Source: Felis catus | Taxonomy: Eukaryota | DNA length: 64,000 nucleotides | Direction: 5' to 3' | Assembly (NCBI RefSeq): GCF_018350175.1 | Contig: NC_058368.1 | Location: 157,296,001 to 157,360,000 of the forward strand | Shown: positions 1 through 13,815 of the stretch, piece by piece | Numbering within the stretch: position 1 is the first letter of the stretch | Layout of the letters: each line of letters starts with the position of its first letter | The notes under the pieces: generated by a model | The model's input: only the letters and a program-made list of their open reading frames with translations | Told to the model about the DNA's origin: nothing | Database searches by the model: none | Program-made: the position numbers and the translations under genes

Positions 1-636
1 AGCTTCTAGAATGATGATTACATTTTGTTTCTCAATGTGTGTGTGGTAGGTAGATTAATAGCTTTTGTGAGAATTCATCAAGCTGTGTAGTTTTCTGTCT
101 TTGTGTGTTATACTTTTTTTAAAAAAAAATTTAAAGGTAAGTATAAATGGCAATGATTAAAAGAAAATAACCCCTTATAATTTATAAAACCCTTTATACT
201 TTTGTCACACTTTGTAATGAACACTTTTGAATTACAACACTTGTAATTCAAAATACACTAATATTTGTATTCCCCATATCATGGACCTAATTGATGGAAT
301 GCTGAACTTTAGCCAACCATGGCACAATGGCTGAAACAAAACAACCATAGCTAAGTGAAAGTAAAACCAAAACATTTTGAACAAATCATAATAAACATTA
401 TAAAAATAATTTTAGTTATTTAAGCAAATTAGTTTTTGGTGAATTGACTTGGGTCAGAAATGGGTTGACTTTACCTCAGAAAAGTAATTTTATTTTAGAA
501 GAGTAAATTTTTAATGTAAAATTGTGTAATAAGAGAATAGTACCTTGGTTTATGAATTTATAATATATATCTATATCTTTAACATACATGAAATAAGTAT
601 ATTTATATCTAGATTGTAATAATTTTCTTAACTCAC

Positions 637-732
637 CAAATAAATTAGTGCTGCATATGAAGCATACATGATGCTAGCTAAAGCAGTCTTTGCTGGAAAA
701 GAAATGATTTCGAACAAAGAACCCCTTCTGAC
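637..732 (-). CDS. SPATA9: SPATA9 coding exon 4 (96 nt), start of hydrophobic segment
   Basis: Acceptor ctgtttttgcag; reads [32 protein letters not shown]; donor gtgagt. The terminal exon lies beyond the window start. Confidence 0.93.
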
Positions 733-3700
733 CTGCAAAAACAGAAGAGTTTTCTTATTATAATAAAAGTTTTCAATGTTACAATGTTAAATTTTACCAT
801 GTTATTGTAAAATGAGAATTTCAATATTTCTTTCCAAAAAAAGTTATCTACTGGATCTATCTGGGTTTTTTTCACATTCTGAAAATATTTCGGTTTATTT
901 TTCTCTTTGTGTTTTTTTTTTTTTACAAAAAGGTACTTTCTTTTGCTATGACAGATCTATAAAAACCTATGAAAGATCTATAAAAAACCTTGCATTTCCA
1001 AAATCTAAATTACTTTAACTTTTTTACATTTAACAAGTTGTGCTCACTAGGGGGTGCCACTGTGCATGTTGTTAGAAAAACAGTCTTTTCTTTGTTCAAA
1101 TTCATGTAATCATCCTTTACTAAATTATTCACCTCTTCATTAAGCAAGCAGCAATCGAAATACTAAGGATTTCCTGCAGATTAATGACCTGCTTGGAAAT
1201 GTTAATCATGAGACTGCTGAAGGCCAGCATTAACCTTAGATGAACATTAAGCTTCAGGGAATGCTCTGTGCTCACATCCAGCATGCATTTTGAAACAGAG
1301 AAGGTTTACACCAATAACGAATTTGTCTCTCAGATGTTTCTAGCTTCAGGTGGTAGCTGTCCCTGCCTCAAACATAACAGAATATATTTAGTTTAAGGGA
1401 ACTGTACTCTCTTCTAGGTCACCTCTGTTGCCTTGAGTAGGATATGAAATGAGGACATTAGGAAAAACATTCCTTTCCCATTCAGCAGTGTAGTGGCAGT
1501 TAGCCATGCTCCTCTGAGGTAAGTGCCAAGACACTCAGTGGCTTCAATAACTCCCAAAGGTACAGGCTGTAGCTAATAAAATCGTGTAAATACACAGTAA
1601 AAATGCATACAAACTAGAAAGAACAGCATGTATGTGTATGTTATTTAAAACATTGAAAAACTGGAACAATTGATAGCAGGACGGTTAGGTAAAATAAGCT
1701 GTATCTACTTAATGGCATATTATAGCCTTTTAAAAGGTGCTTCTGAAGGATGCGTAATACCACTTTGTTGAACAAACATTTGTATGGCACTGTGTTCTAT
1801 CTAAGTGCTTGTAGTATCTTCAGTTTTTGCTTACTGCTACCACTGCAGAATGAAGAACAAAATTGCCCATCGCGATTTATCTTCCTCTCTCCCTTAAGTG
1901 ATTTATGGAATGCTGACGCCAAGAACACGCTCTAGCCTGCTAGTTGAGAGATGGAGGTGGGGGTGGTGGGGAGGAGCCCCTTCTGCTTCCTTGTTTTCCA
2001 GGCCCATACTAACTCCTAAATACAGAGACAGGTAGGGGGAGTTTTAGCCCACACTCCGTAAGTCAGTCTGGAAAACTTCCCAGAGTTCCTGGCTTCTGGA
2101 AAGAGTTTCCAGGAAACAAAGCAGCTGCTGCTCTTTCCCTCTTGCTAGAAGAATCAAATTGATAGTGTGCCTTTGAATCCCACTATTAGGCTACAGGGAG
2201 ACAAACGTACAAGTAGAGAGCTGATGTTAGGAAAGAAAACAGATACGCTCCAACAAAATGCCTCGTAGCAGAGTAAAAGATTCATGAGTACAGTGGGGGG
2301 TCCATATTCAATAATTCGTAGGCCATATACAATAAAAGTAAAAGTAGCATCTGCATGCATGAGAAATTACCGTTTCTATTTTTTTCCAGATTTTTGTCCT
2401 TCACCTAAAGTAATGAAAACTGATTACTTTTCAAAGTTTCAAAATAGATTCTATATCTGATATACGTTATGCTTCTGAATGATGAATCTGTATATTGCTT
2501 AAGAGTTAGTTTTTCATCATTTTAATGCTTTTGATAAATACTTGCTATTCCCGTAACAAATCATTCCTGTGGAAAACACATTTCCTCCAAAATTTATGTG
2601 GCTACTGGCAGGTAGCCATTTTTCAATTTTATGATCCACTTCCAATACATGTTTTTCATATATAAACCATGCTGTTTCCTTTTTGGCTTGTTCTAAGCAG
2701 GAATAGCGTATGATAAAACAAATAAACAGGAGACCTTTCTATATCAAAGGTTTTATTTAGATTACCTCACCATTTAAAAAAAATTTATCCTAACTTATTG
2801 TATTAGTTTTATTTGCAAATTTGAAAGCATCTTGATATCAGTATTATGGCCATATATTTGTTTGAACTTTTAATATTAATGTTAATATGAGTGTGTAAGA
2901 TATTTGGATATATAAGATATGTGGATAGGTTATATGGTCATACTAACATATCAGATACATAGATATTTCAACAGTAAAAACTTTTCGATGTTTAATGAAA
3001 TTTTGCCACATAACTTTGCCTCATCTCATTAAAGGAGTATCTGTGATTATCTTATTTTCAGTCATACTGAGATAAATCACAAAAAAGCAAACAGTAAATA
3101 GTTTAGAAAATAATAAAGATCCACTTATAGATGACCTGAAGGATAAAGAACCACCAGGCCCAACTTAGTTTATGTTGCTCAAAACCACCTTGAAGAAGGA
3201 TATCCAGGGAGTAATGGGGGGAAACTTGAACTCCATGATTCACAAGTAAGTGTTGCAAGAAGCACTGACGGGTTAATAGGTCCAGAAAAAAAGTCTTTCC
3301 TGTAAGTTTGGAAAAGCTACATGACCATGTCTTTGCTTGAGTAAAACACAGTATTCATGAGCACGGGGAAGCCTCCTAGCAGTGCACAGTAAAAAAAGCT
3401 ATTTGACTTCGTTTACCCAGTATTAATATCCTCTGTAACATTGTTTTTGAATAAGATCTTACTCACATAGTCCTATTAAAGCTCAAATGTCCCAACCTCT
3501 GGAGAAGTATGTCTTCAAGATTCCAAGTAGTCTACTTTCCAGGAATTGTCCTTTCTCCTCAGGTCTTGAATTATACCACCCAAGATTACCCCATAGGCTC
3601 ACTGAAGACCTGTAGAGATTCTTGATATTTTTGAGGTTCACACATATTTGTTACACAAAATATGTGAAGTTTGAATTTAACCCCCAAACTGAAGTCTACC

Positions 3701-6002
3701 TTGAAGGGTTGGGGATGAGGAAAAAAACTATACTTAGAAAAGTGTCTGATCTTCATTCTGAAAAAGGGAACACAAGTTCACTTGGATCCACATATATCAC
3801 AGGCATTTTAGATGCCGCGGGTTTTCTTCCCCTTTGCCCGTATCTTGCCTACACCACTTCACAGTGCCTATACATCATCTCTTAATGCCACTATAAGGAA
3901 GATTCTATCATGGGAAGAGCTCCTGGTCCTGTGGCCCTGCACTGCCCTGCCAAAGTCAACAACTATGTCTGGGAGCTGACGTGTCTTGGCTGGAGTCAGC
4001 ATTGAAGCTGATTATCTAGGTCACTGCAGCCTAAAGCAGCTGCAAGTTTTACTCATCCAGACAGCTTACAAGGCTAAGCAGATGCACCATTCCATAAGTA
4101 CTGATGCTAGGGATGTTGAAAACTACCAAGAAATACCTAATCAGAGTTTTCCATTCCTGAGGCCCTTTTAGGACTAGCAGATATCTTGCTATAATCTCAA
4201 CCCTGCATAACCTGGAAGGATTTGAGGAGCAACTTGACTCAGCACCCCACCCATAAAGACAGGTGCAAAGGAAGTCTCTTTCAACAAGATGGCCAGCTGG
4301 AGAAGGCAGACTAGAACTATGTGCTCATGTTACAAAAGCCATTGGGATCTCTTCAGGTCACTTGCATCAATTGGGTCTTTGGATAGTTCATATTGGGCTC
4401 AATATCTTTGAATATGTTAACATATATAAGACTTACTCTAGGTCTGAGCACAGAACCAGAAAGTCAAGGGAGCTCCTGTAACAACATTCATGCTCTAATT
4501 ATCTTGAGGAGACTATTACTGTATGCTTCATCCCAGACCACATCAGAAGGCTGAAATACTATCCTAGTCATAGTCAGTGTCCTAATGAAAAAATGCTCCT
4601 CTATTATGTGTTCTTGAAGGAGTAATCTGACTGGCATTCCCAGCTACATAATATCCAACAAGAGTATTGGTAGAACCATTTAAGGTGCTCTATGTACAAA
4701 AATATCTTTCTATCATTAATTATCCTCAGATCAGTGACAAAACAGAGCATATAAAGAGGATCTTTAACACACAATTTCAGATTATCTAGTCTGCTTATCT
4801 TCCTACATAAAATGATGTCCTCCATGCATCAACAAGCATATCCCCTTGCATAGCAATTCCAGATTTCACTCCTTTTACTTCTCTGCACACCAGGAAGTTC
4901 TACCTTGACACAGGCAGCCTGGCAATCCTTGAAGGAATTCATGCTGGAATCCACTCTGGGTAAGCTAAACTCTGTCACTGTGGAAAGACAACCAAGCAAT
5001 GTATATACCAGGGCTGGTGTAACTCACTCGTACTATGCCATTTACCTCTCTGGTACACTGACACCATGGATATACTCCATTCCCAGACCAATCCATTGAC
5101 CTCCATCACACTTCTTGCGTTACTCTGTTGTTACTTTCACTCTCTAGGCCATTGTCTTCACTATTCATACTTCTATTCCCTCCTCACTGAGACTTTTATA
5201 TTTGAGATATGTTGTTTTCTTGCTTGTTACAACTTAATTTCCTCTCAGCGGCAATTCTGATTCTCCACCCTAACTAATACATATTATTGAAGTATAGCTT
5301 ATTCCTCATTCCTAACTCTTGAGGACCCTGGAATCTCTGACCGAAGGCTGTTCCCACTTGTCTCACTCTTGCGATGTGGAACTTCTTACCTTTCCTAAAT
5401 AAGTCATGTTCTCTCTCACCTTAGCATCTTACTATACGATGTTCACTTCGGGGAATAATTCTCCTAGTTCTTCACTTTCTTAATATCTCCTCCCTCAAGA
5501 TCTGGTATTATCTTCTCGAAAGCCTGCACCAACTTACTCTTTGGAATTACATACTCCTTGTTGCCGCTTCCAGAGTACACTTTGCACTCTCTGATTATGC
5601 ACTTACTACACTCCACTGACACTGCTTATTTGCCTATCGTCCCCACAGTCCATATAGGGCAAAGGCAAGACATCTATGGATTCTAGTATCTAAACTAGTG
5701 ATCTTACATGTCGAATTTCAATAAATATGTGTTGAATAAATGGAAAAAGTAGAATAATAATTCACTTACTTCCAGAAAGAAATTTAATGGTCTTCTATTT
5801 AAACTCATAAAAAAGATACTAAGCAAAGCTGAAGGATATCTGGTTCTAGTAGTATGGCAGACTGAGCTAATGTGGAACTCCCCCCCCATCCCCCACATAC
5901 CTAGAAATTTTATATAAAATCAAACTCCAAAATGTAATACAAGACTGCATTTGGAAAAAAAAAAGAAAAGAAAAAAATAAGGAAGGAAGGGAGGAAGGGA
6001 GG

Positions 6003-6057
<55 letters not shown>

Positions 6058-6065
6058 TGATTCCT

Positions 6066-6234
6066 GGAGTGCCTGGGTGGCTCAGTTGGTTTGGCATCTG
6101 ACTTGATTTTGGTTCGAGTCATGATCTCATGGTTCATGGGATGGAGCCCGCATCAGGTTCTGTGCTGGTGGTGCAGAGCCTGCTAGGGATTCTCTCTCTC
6201 TCTCTCTCTCTCTCTCTGCCCCTCCCCCTCATGT

Positions 6235-6269
<35 letters not shown>

Positions 6270-6290
6270 GAAATAAACATTTTTTTTTAA
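6066..6290 (+). mobile_element. CAN/SINEC, preceded by a (GAAA)n microsatellite at ~6005-6055
   Basis: gcctgggtggctcag tRNA-derived head, (CT)n tract, aataaa. Confidence 0.9.
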
Positions 6291-6791
6291 GAAAGATTCC
6301 CTGTGCTAGGCACGAAAAGGTGGAGCGGTAAGTGTGTGAGTATATTGCCCAGCAGGTATGAAAAAGAGGTAAGTGAAAGGAAAATATGAGGAAGGTAAAT
6401 AGACATAAAGAATAAAATGAAAATGTCCAAGGTATATTGAATAGATATTCCAGAATAAGAGATTAGAGAAAATGAGAAAGAGGCAATATTTGAACAAACA
6501 ATAGCTAAGAATTTTCTAGAATTGAAGAAATTATCCTCAGATTCAAGAATCACTATGATTCACAAGGGAAAAGCATTTTGACAACAGCTAATACAATGGA
6601 AGATGTGCATCCCTCATAACCCAGTAATGCCTCTTCTAGATGTACCCTTGGAGAGCATCTTACACACATGGATAAGGAGCCATTTACAAGAGTGTTCACT
6701 GAAATACTGTTTGTAATAGAAACAGTTGTGGGATACCACAAACAAAATAAAATAATAAACCATAGCTATTCATATCAAAAATGTTGAGTAC

Positions 6792-6985
6792 AGGTGCCTA
6801 AATGGCTCAGTCATTTCAGTGTTTGGCTCTTGATTTTGGTTCAGGTCATGATCTCATGGTTCGTGAAATTGAGCCCTCTGCTGTCAGCACAGAGCCTGCT
6901 TGGTATTCCCTCTCTCTCCCTCTCTCTGCCCCTCCCCCACTTGCTCACACGCACGCTCTCTCTCAAAATAAACATTTGAAAAAAA
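6792..6985 (+). mobile_element. SINEC within an old L1M fragment (~6300-7310)
   Basis: SINEC body; TSD aaaaatgttgagt. Confidence 0.85.
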
Positions 6986-7886
6986 TGTTGAGTGAAAAAA
7001 GAAAGTTACAGGAGGATGAGTATAGTATATCATTTATATAAATTTTAAATATATGAAGAATAATAGATTGTACAAATGTAGTGAAAATATGAAAGTATGC
7101 ATAGAAATGCTCACATCAACTTCAGGATAATGATTTCCTTTGGTAGAGAAAAAATGGGGAATGGATTGGGACATAGTTAATTATATTTCTTTTTATAGAG
7201 GAGATATCTGAAGGTAACATTGCAAAATATTACTACCAATTTAAATTTGGATAGGACTTCTGATAAACTACCTTTTATATGTTTTGAGATATTTTATCAG
7301 TAAGAATTTTAAAAATTAAAGCTATATTCTAAGACAATTAGAACAAGAGCAAAGGAGAAGAAATTTCATAGGTGTTGATTTTGAAATGATGTCAAAGAGA
7401 CTGTCACAGTCAGCATATGGACCTTGGACAGGTCATTTACTCCATCACCCTGCTTCTCTCACTTCAGGTTCTTGGAATAAGTTATCACAACTAAGCTCTA
7501 AATTTACCTGTGAAATTCACTGTCAGGGCAAAAAGGCAAATGTGTGATGTTTCTTAGTTCTTATGACTCGATAAAAGGAAACACAAATTCAACTAGAAAG
7601 ATAGATTATTTTCCTGCCATTGAATCTTCATGAGTATTGGAAGACAATTCTTCCATGGATGTCTCTCATTCCTGTACAGATTGGACCTTCTGAACAAAGC
7701 ACATGTTTGAATAGGAAACAGTTTTTGAAGCTAGAGAAAATATGTTACTCTGGAGGGATTTAGAGGTGTACTTCCCAAGAGCCTTCAACTTCCCCCTCTG
7801 GAGACATTTGCTTCTCTCCCCAAACCTCTCTGTCTTTCTCTCCCTTCCCACCCCTCCTCCCAAGGCTGGGCAGATACACCAACATC

Positions 7887-8080
7887 CTTTTTTTTTTTTT
7901 AAGTTTATTTATTTATTTTGAGAAAGAGAGAGAAAGTGCAAGCATGGGAGGGGCAGAGAGAGAGGGAGAGACAGAGAATCCCAAGCAGCCTCTGCTTGGG
8001 GCTCAAACCCACCAACTGTGATATCACAACCCCAAAACCAAGATTTGGATGCCTAATTGACTGAGCCACTCAGGTGCCCC
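7887..8080 (-). mobile_element. SINEC
   Basis: T tail...gactgagccactcaggtgcccc. Confidence 0.85.
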
Positions 8081-8299
8081 ACCAACACTCCTATAAAAGC
8101 TGAGTCTCCTAATTTCAGGCTCTTCTCCTGTGATGCGACTCACTATATGCATAGGTATCATGTGGCTCTCATCACATTGTCCTGAGGGAACTGAGGGGGT
8201 ATGGGAATGACACAAGACATTGCTCTGGCTGCTGCTTTTGCAGTAGACAATAAACAATCTCTGTCCCTGATTCAAGGGAGTCTTGTGTGTCTGTCGGTC

Positions 8300-8316
8300 A
8301 GTGTGTGTGCGTGTGT

Positions 8317-8360
<44 letters not shown>
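8300..8360. repeat. (TG)n microsatellite
   Basis: Direct reading. Similar tracts at ~35391-35434 and ~50852-50897 (TG), ~42674-42721 (CA), ~31385-31433 (TA), and poly-T at 32411-32445. Confidence 0.95.
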
Positions 8361-8363
<3 letters not shown>

Positions 8364-9967
8364 CCTGTGGCAGGCTAATTTGTTAGTTTCAAAAGAGTGT
8401 AAAATCACAGATTCTTCTTCAGTTCTAACTTACCAAAGAGGAGCAAAAAGAAAGATTAAATAACATAATGGATAGTGTCTTTAAATGTGATTTCATAATA
8501 AATACAGAAATATTCTTCAAAGAACACTTCTTATGTCAATTATACAGCTCAGCGACATTTCTTTCTGACAACCTAAAGATACAGGAATACTTAGAGAAAC
8601 CAGTAGTTAACAAACACAAAGCATTTTTTACTTTCTCAAACATCAGGTATTATAAGGGAGCTTTTTATAATTGCTATCTCAAGCAATTCATAATTGAACT
8701 ATCCAGTTATTTCTGAAAATGTTAAAATCTTTGATTAAAGAGAGATTCCTATGTAATGGATATTGTGTTGATTCTAACAATCCATCATCCATTTGCTCGC
8801 TCATCTTTTCAAAAGAGCCCAAATTTTGTTTGATGATTCATCCTTTCCCCCATTCTCTGGTCATGTGATCTGGATGGAGCTCCAACCTCCACTGCAGAGA
8901 AAAAATAGGCAATCAAGTCCTAGGCCAGTCAGTGCATCCCATTTCCCTGGTTTAGAGGTAAGCCCACCTCCAAGAGTGAAACTCAGGACTTGTCCAGGAA
9001 TGTTGGGTCAAGAACTTTCATTCTTTGCTGCTCTAATTGAACCTGGAAGGATGGGAGTCCTGGGAAAGCTGCAAATCACCTTGTAGCCATGAAGGGAAAA
9101 GTCAGTCCGGGAATGGAGTCTACACAGAGGAAGCAGAGCCAGGAGATGGGGGAAAAGAGAAAAACAGGACCCTGAAGGCATCACTTGAGCACATATATAT
9201 ATCCTGAAGCCTCATCTACTCTGGATTGTTCAACTATGTAAACTAATACATCTTTCTGGCTTAACTCCGTTTGAGTGAGAGTTTTTCTCCCTTCAACAAC
9301 AGAGTCAAAATGACCCACTCTGGGGTTTAGGTACCAGACTTGCAGGATTCCAAATCTTTTGTAGCAAACATTTAGAATGCTTTGAATAATGCCCAGATGG
9401 AAAAACTCAGAGTTCTACACCATAAAGTTTAGAAAAAAGGAAACTGGTCCTGAAAAAGTTTTAAGAGCTGCTGTCCTTAATGAAATATAACAGACCCTCA
9501 ACAAAACCATGTAGAACATGTAATTTGAAATATACTGGGATGTTGATGGGTCTATCAAAATGAGTTTATAGTTGAATGTACTCAAATATGTTAAGTCAAA
9601 CAAAGACTTTCTTGGAAACATAGCAAGGTTATGAGGAAAAAGGAACAAAATTATTTTTAAGGCTTGTTATACGATTAGTTTTAGGTTTGCTATAAGTGGT
9701 AATTTGTATGTTAATATTTAGGTTGAACCATCTGAAATTTACAGTTTCATATATGTCAGTCACGTAACAAAGTAGGAAAAAAGTCCACATTACTTCCTCT
9801 TTCAGATTTACTTTAACCAGAATATATATGCCATATTGGAAAAAGGCCAAACCATTCATTTCTTATCCAAATATTCATGTTTTACATGTAGGACAACCAA
9901 ATGTGCTACATTTTCATTTTTCAGATCTTGCAATTTCATATCTTGTGCACATGCAGTATTGACTCAC

Positions 9968-10195
9968 CTGCATGTTACATACGGGTTGCTTTTGTGCATT
10001 AAGCTCCCTCAGCAAACGATGCGATATGTCCCTTAATTCTAAAAGTCTACAAGCAAGTTGAGGCTGCAGAAGTTTGGCCACTGATTTGGAAGATCTGGAT
10101 ATGCTGCTTAATCCTTGAATTAATGTTCCTCGGTTGATCTTCGCTAGAGCAACAGCCATTCTGATTTTGGATGGGTTTCGCATGGGTTCTCTTTT
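9968..10195 (-). CDS. SPATA9: SPATA9 coding exon 3 (228 nt)
   Basis: Acceptor ttattttccag; reads [76 protein letters not shown]; donor gtgagt. Phase 0-0. Confidence 0.95.
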
Positions 10196-11283
10196 CTGGA
10201 AAATAAGCCTCTGAAAAGTGACTGATGTGTGATTCTCCAGTGGATCATTAAAATCTACTTCAGGCCGAGACCAAGTACTGCATAACAGTACATTATGCAT
10301 GGTCCTATGCATATACTCAGTGTCTGATAATTACATCCCACCCCATGTACCTAAATCTTTGAATAAATATATGATTTTTGCCTTAGCATAAATATCTAGA
10401 ATTTAAGTTACTAGTCAAAAGATCTACATTTTTCATTTTTCTCTCTGCGTTTATTTATTTTTGCATTGATTTTTTTTTAAGGGCACTTTCAAAAGCAAAC
10501 AGTTCTTATTCAAATATTATTCAGTGTTTGAATAATTCAAACAATAATTCTTATTCAAAACTGTTACAAATATTTCTCCAGTTTACTTTAAAATCTTAAG
10601 TGATAATGCATACATACATAATGCATTGTGCAATGTAAGAAAATAAAATACCCTACATACTAATAAACAAGCTTAAGGAACTTTTACTTGTAAAAACTTA
10701 AAAACTTCCATGAACATTCTGACAGAAGAAAATTGTGGCATTAGCAAAACATATGACATGTAGATCTTTCCCTGCTGGACCAGAAGGTGAACCACAGAGA
10801 AATTACTTACAATGCGGTTAGACTGCATTCCAGGCAACAGGCAAGTATAGTTGCCATTATTCCTTTAAGCAATTTTATGGGCTATTCTGGCTTTTTTGTA
10901 TGTGACTTAGGGGAAACTAATGGTTCATAACACAAATAAGGAACTTTGAACCTCTATTTATTGAGTCTAAATATATAAACACAAAACATCTTTTATACGG
11001 ATTTTTTTTTTTTTGGTCTACAATGAGCAACATGCATTTGTTGAGGAGCTAAAGTACTATGTATCATTTTTATGCATCAACTTTTGTGCATCAACTTTAA
11101 ATGCATCAACTTTTATACTGAAGAAATAATTTTATTATTGCTGTTTTTGTCATTAAAGTTGAATACTCCTTTTACTGTTGAGCATTTGTCATTGGAGATA
11201 ACCAAAAGCTGTTCTAGCCTGTCAATGGGGATGTATTTCTGCAGATCTGGTGTCTTATTGTGGTTTAATCTGTTAACTTTACT

Positions 11284-11496
11284 GGGGTGCCTGGGTGGCT
11301 CAGTCAGTTGGGCATCTGACTTTGGCTCAGGTCATGATCTCAAAGTTCATGGGTATGAGCCCCACATTGGGCTCTGTGCTGACAGCTTGGAACCTGCTTC
11401 AGATTCTCTCTCCTTCCCTGTCTGTCCCTTCCCCTCTCTGTCTGTCCCTAACTTGTGCTCTCTCTCTCAAAAATAAACATTAAAAAACTTCCTTAA
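11284..11496 (+). mobile_element. SINEC
   Basis: Full body; TSD aatctgttaactttactg. Confidence 0.9.
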
Positions 11497-12690
11497 AATC
11501 TGTTAACTTTACTGAAAAAGTCCCATTAGCCTACCTTTTGTCTCAACCCTCCTAGTCAATACTAACAGTCCAGAAAACAATCTAAGTTGCGGGCTGCTAG
11601 AATTGCTGCAATTCCAAGCCAATTTAGGGTAGAGAAACCCTTAAAAGTAATTATGTGGTGGGTAAAATAAGCAAAATCACACACAGGTGCTATCACTTGA
11701 TATTATAGCTAGGTTTCGAGCACACCAGGGAGAGAAACCACAATTATCTGCCATAGCCAAAGCTCTTGCACATACAGATTCAATTTCTCTTGCGATCTTA
11801 TGCTTTGCTTCGCTGATTCTTCTTCCCCACTCCTCCTTAAGTTGGAGCAGCTAGAATGTCTAGTTTTACTTCTGATTACAGTTTACTGTGTTTTCTCTCA
11901 TAATTTATAATCATAAAGTGAGGCATAATGCCAGGGCAAACAGCAGTGGGACATGCACACTATACTGAAATTTCATCTAATAGTCATTCAGTGTATTAAG
12001 GACTCTAATTTTTGCAGATGCAAGACATTAACATTATGGAGCTTCCCTCTCTGTACTTTGTGCCTTTACAAAGTCTTGGTGATCTGTACTTGTTGGCCCG
12101 GATTCACTGGCTTTATTCGGATATTTCTGTTAACTAATCTTGATTCATTCCCCCAAACACTATACTAGATTGATCCGTTCAAACTTCTCCTCTTTTATAA
12201 CATTGCCTTTCTAAATATTTTCCTCTGTAGAGAAATAAGTCTATTTGTAATTGATAAACTGTTAATCAAAATTCTCCTGTAGGATCATATCATTTGAATT
12301 TGAATATCATTATAAATACAGCATTTATGATAAACGGTATTTAAAAAAAATTCAAGTGTGCATTACAATAATGCTTTAGCGCCCTTTGCATATTTCTCCT
12401 TTCAGTATTGTCATAAATTCATAGCTTTTTCCAACAGACTCAACCAATTCCTAATTAATATCATCTTTGTTTCCTTTTAATGCTGAAATAGTTACAATTT
12501 GATGACTTTGCTTCCCTTCATGATTTTTACATTGCTTTCCTTTTTCAAAACTTTCAGTTACCTCCAAAACAAATATTACCTCCAGCAATAAAATGTTTCT
12601 GACCCCTTTATTTTTCCCTGACACAAAGCATACAATCAACTTGTTCCCAAGAAGACCATTACTGCTTTTAAGAATAGTATTAGAAACCAC

Positions 12691-12942
12691 AGGGTGCCTG
12701 GGTGGCTCAGTCAGATAAGCATCTGACTTCAGCTCAGGTCATGATTTCACGTGGGTTCACATGGGTTCACGTGGGTTCACATGGGTTTACGTGGGTTCGT
12801 GGGTTCACGCCCCGCCTCAGGCTCTGTGCTGACAGCTCAGAGCCTGGAGCCTGCTTGGTATTCTATGCCTCCCTCTCTCTGTGTCCCTCCCCCCTTGCAC
12901 TCGATCTCTCTCTGCCTCTCAAAAATAAATAAACATTAAAAA
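12691..12942 (+). mobile_element. SINEC with internal decamer expansion
   Basis: (g/a)tgggttcac repeats at 12751-12808; TSD aata(g/c)tattagaaacc. Confidence 0.9.
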
Positions 12943-13125
12943 AATACTATTAGAAACCCAATCTGGGTACTGGGGTGAATATAAAGTGGGGTTTTTGTGA
13001 CTTTGAGAATAGGAAGGTAACAACAGAGGCTACTTAACAGTCCTTTAGACGCAGAGTAAGATATTCCTCTTTTTAAAAAAGCAAAAAAAACAAAAAAAAA
13101 ACAAAAAAACAAAAAAAAACTCACT

Positions 13126-13256
13126 GGAGCACCTGGGTGGCTTAGTTGGTTAAGCATTTGACTCTTGATTTTGGCTTACATCATGATCTCACAGTTCATG
13201 AGACTGAGCTCTACATTTGGCTCTGTGCTGACAGCGCTGTGAAGCCTGCTTAAGAT

Positions 13257-13304
<48 letters not shown>

Positions 13305-13815
13305 GCTCTTTGCCCCTCCCCCCTCAAGATAAATAAATAAACATTTAAAAAATACCAGTTTATGGTAATGATTCCAATTCACTTTTCAGTGAATTTTTAT
13401 TTTTTTGATGTTGTTTATTCATTTAAAAAAATTTTTTATGGTTTATTCATTTTTCAGAGACAGAGTGTGAGGGGGGAGGAGGAGACAAAGAGGGAGACAC
13501 AGAATCTGAAGCAGTTTTCAGGCTCTGAGCTGTCAGCACAGAGCCTGACGCGGGGCTCGAACTCAGAGATGGTGACCTGAGCTGCAGTCGGACGCTCAAC
13601 CGACTGAGCCACCCAGGCGCCCCTCATTTTTGAGAGACAGAGACAGAGCACAAACCGGGGAGGGGCAGAGAGAGAGGGAGATACAGAACCTGAGGCAGGC
13701 TTCAAGTTCTGAGCTGTCAGCACAGAGCCCGATGTGGGACTCGAACCCATGAACCGCGAGATCATGACCTGAGTCGAAGTCAGATGCTTAACCAACTGAG
13801 CCACCCAGGTGCCCC
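13126..13815. mobile_element. SINEC cluster: plus copy 13126-13350; minus copy ~13425-13623 nested in minus copy ~13397-13815
   Basis: Three SINEC bodies; outer TSD ttcagtgaatt, inner TSD tcattt. Confidence 0.85.

Noticed and set aside
9914..10312. 132-aa ORF as a standalone gene
   Set aside because: It is SPATA9 exon 3 plus flanking intron.
11072..11113. Triple tgcatcaacttt repeat and other short duplications (~51461, ~60567, ~22967)
   Set aside because: Ordinary slippage duplications; no repeat-spacer structure.
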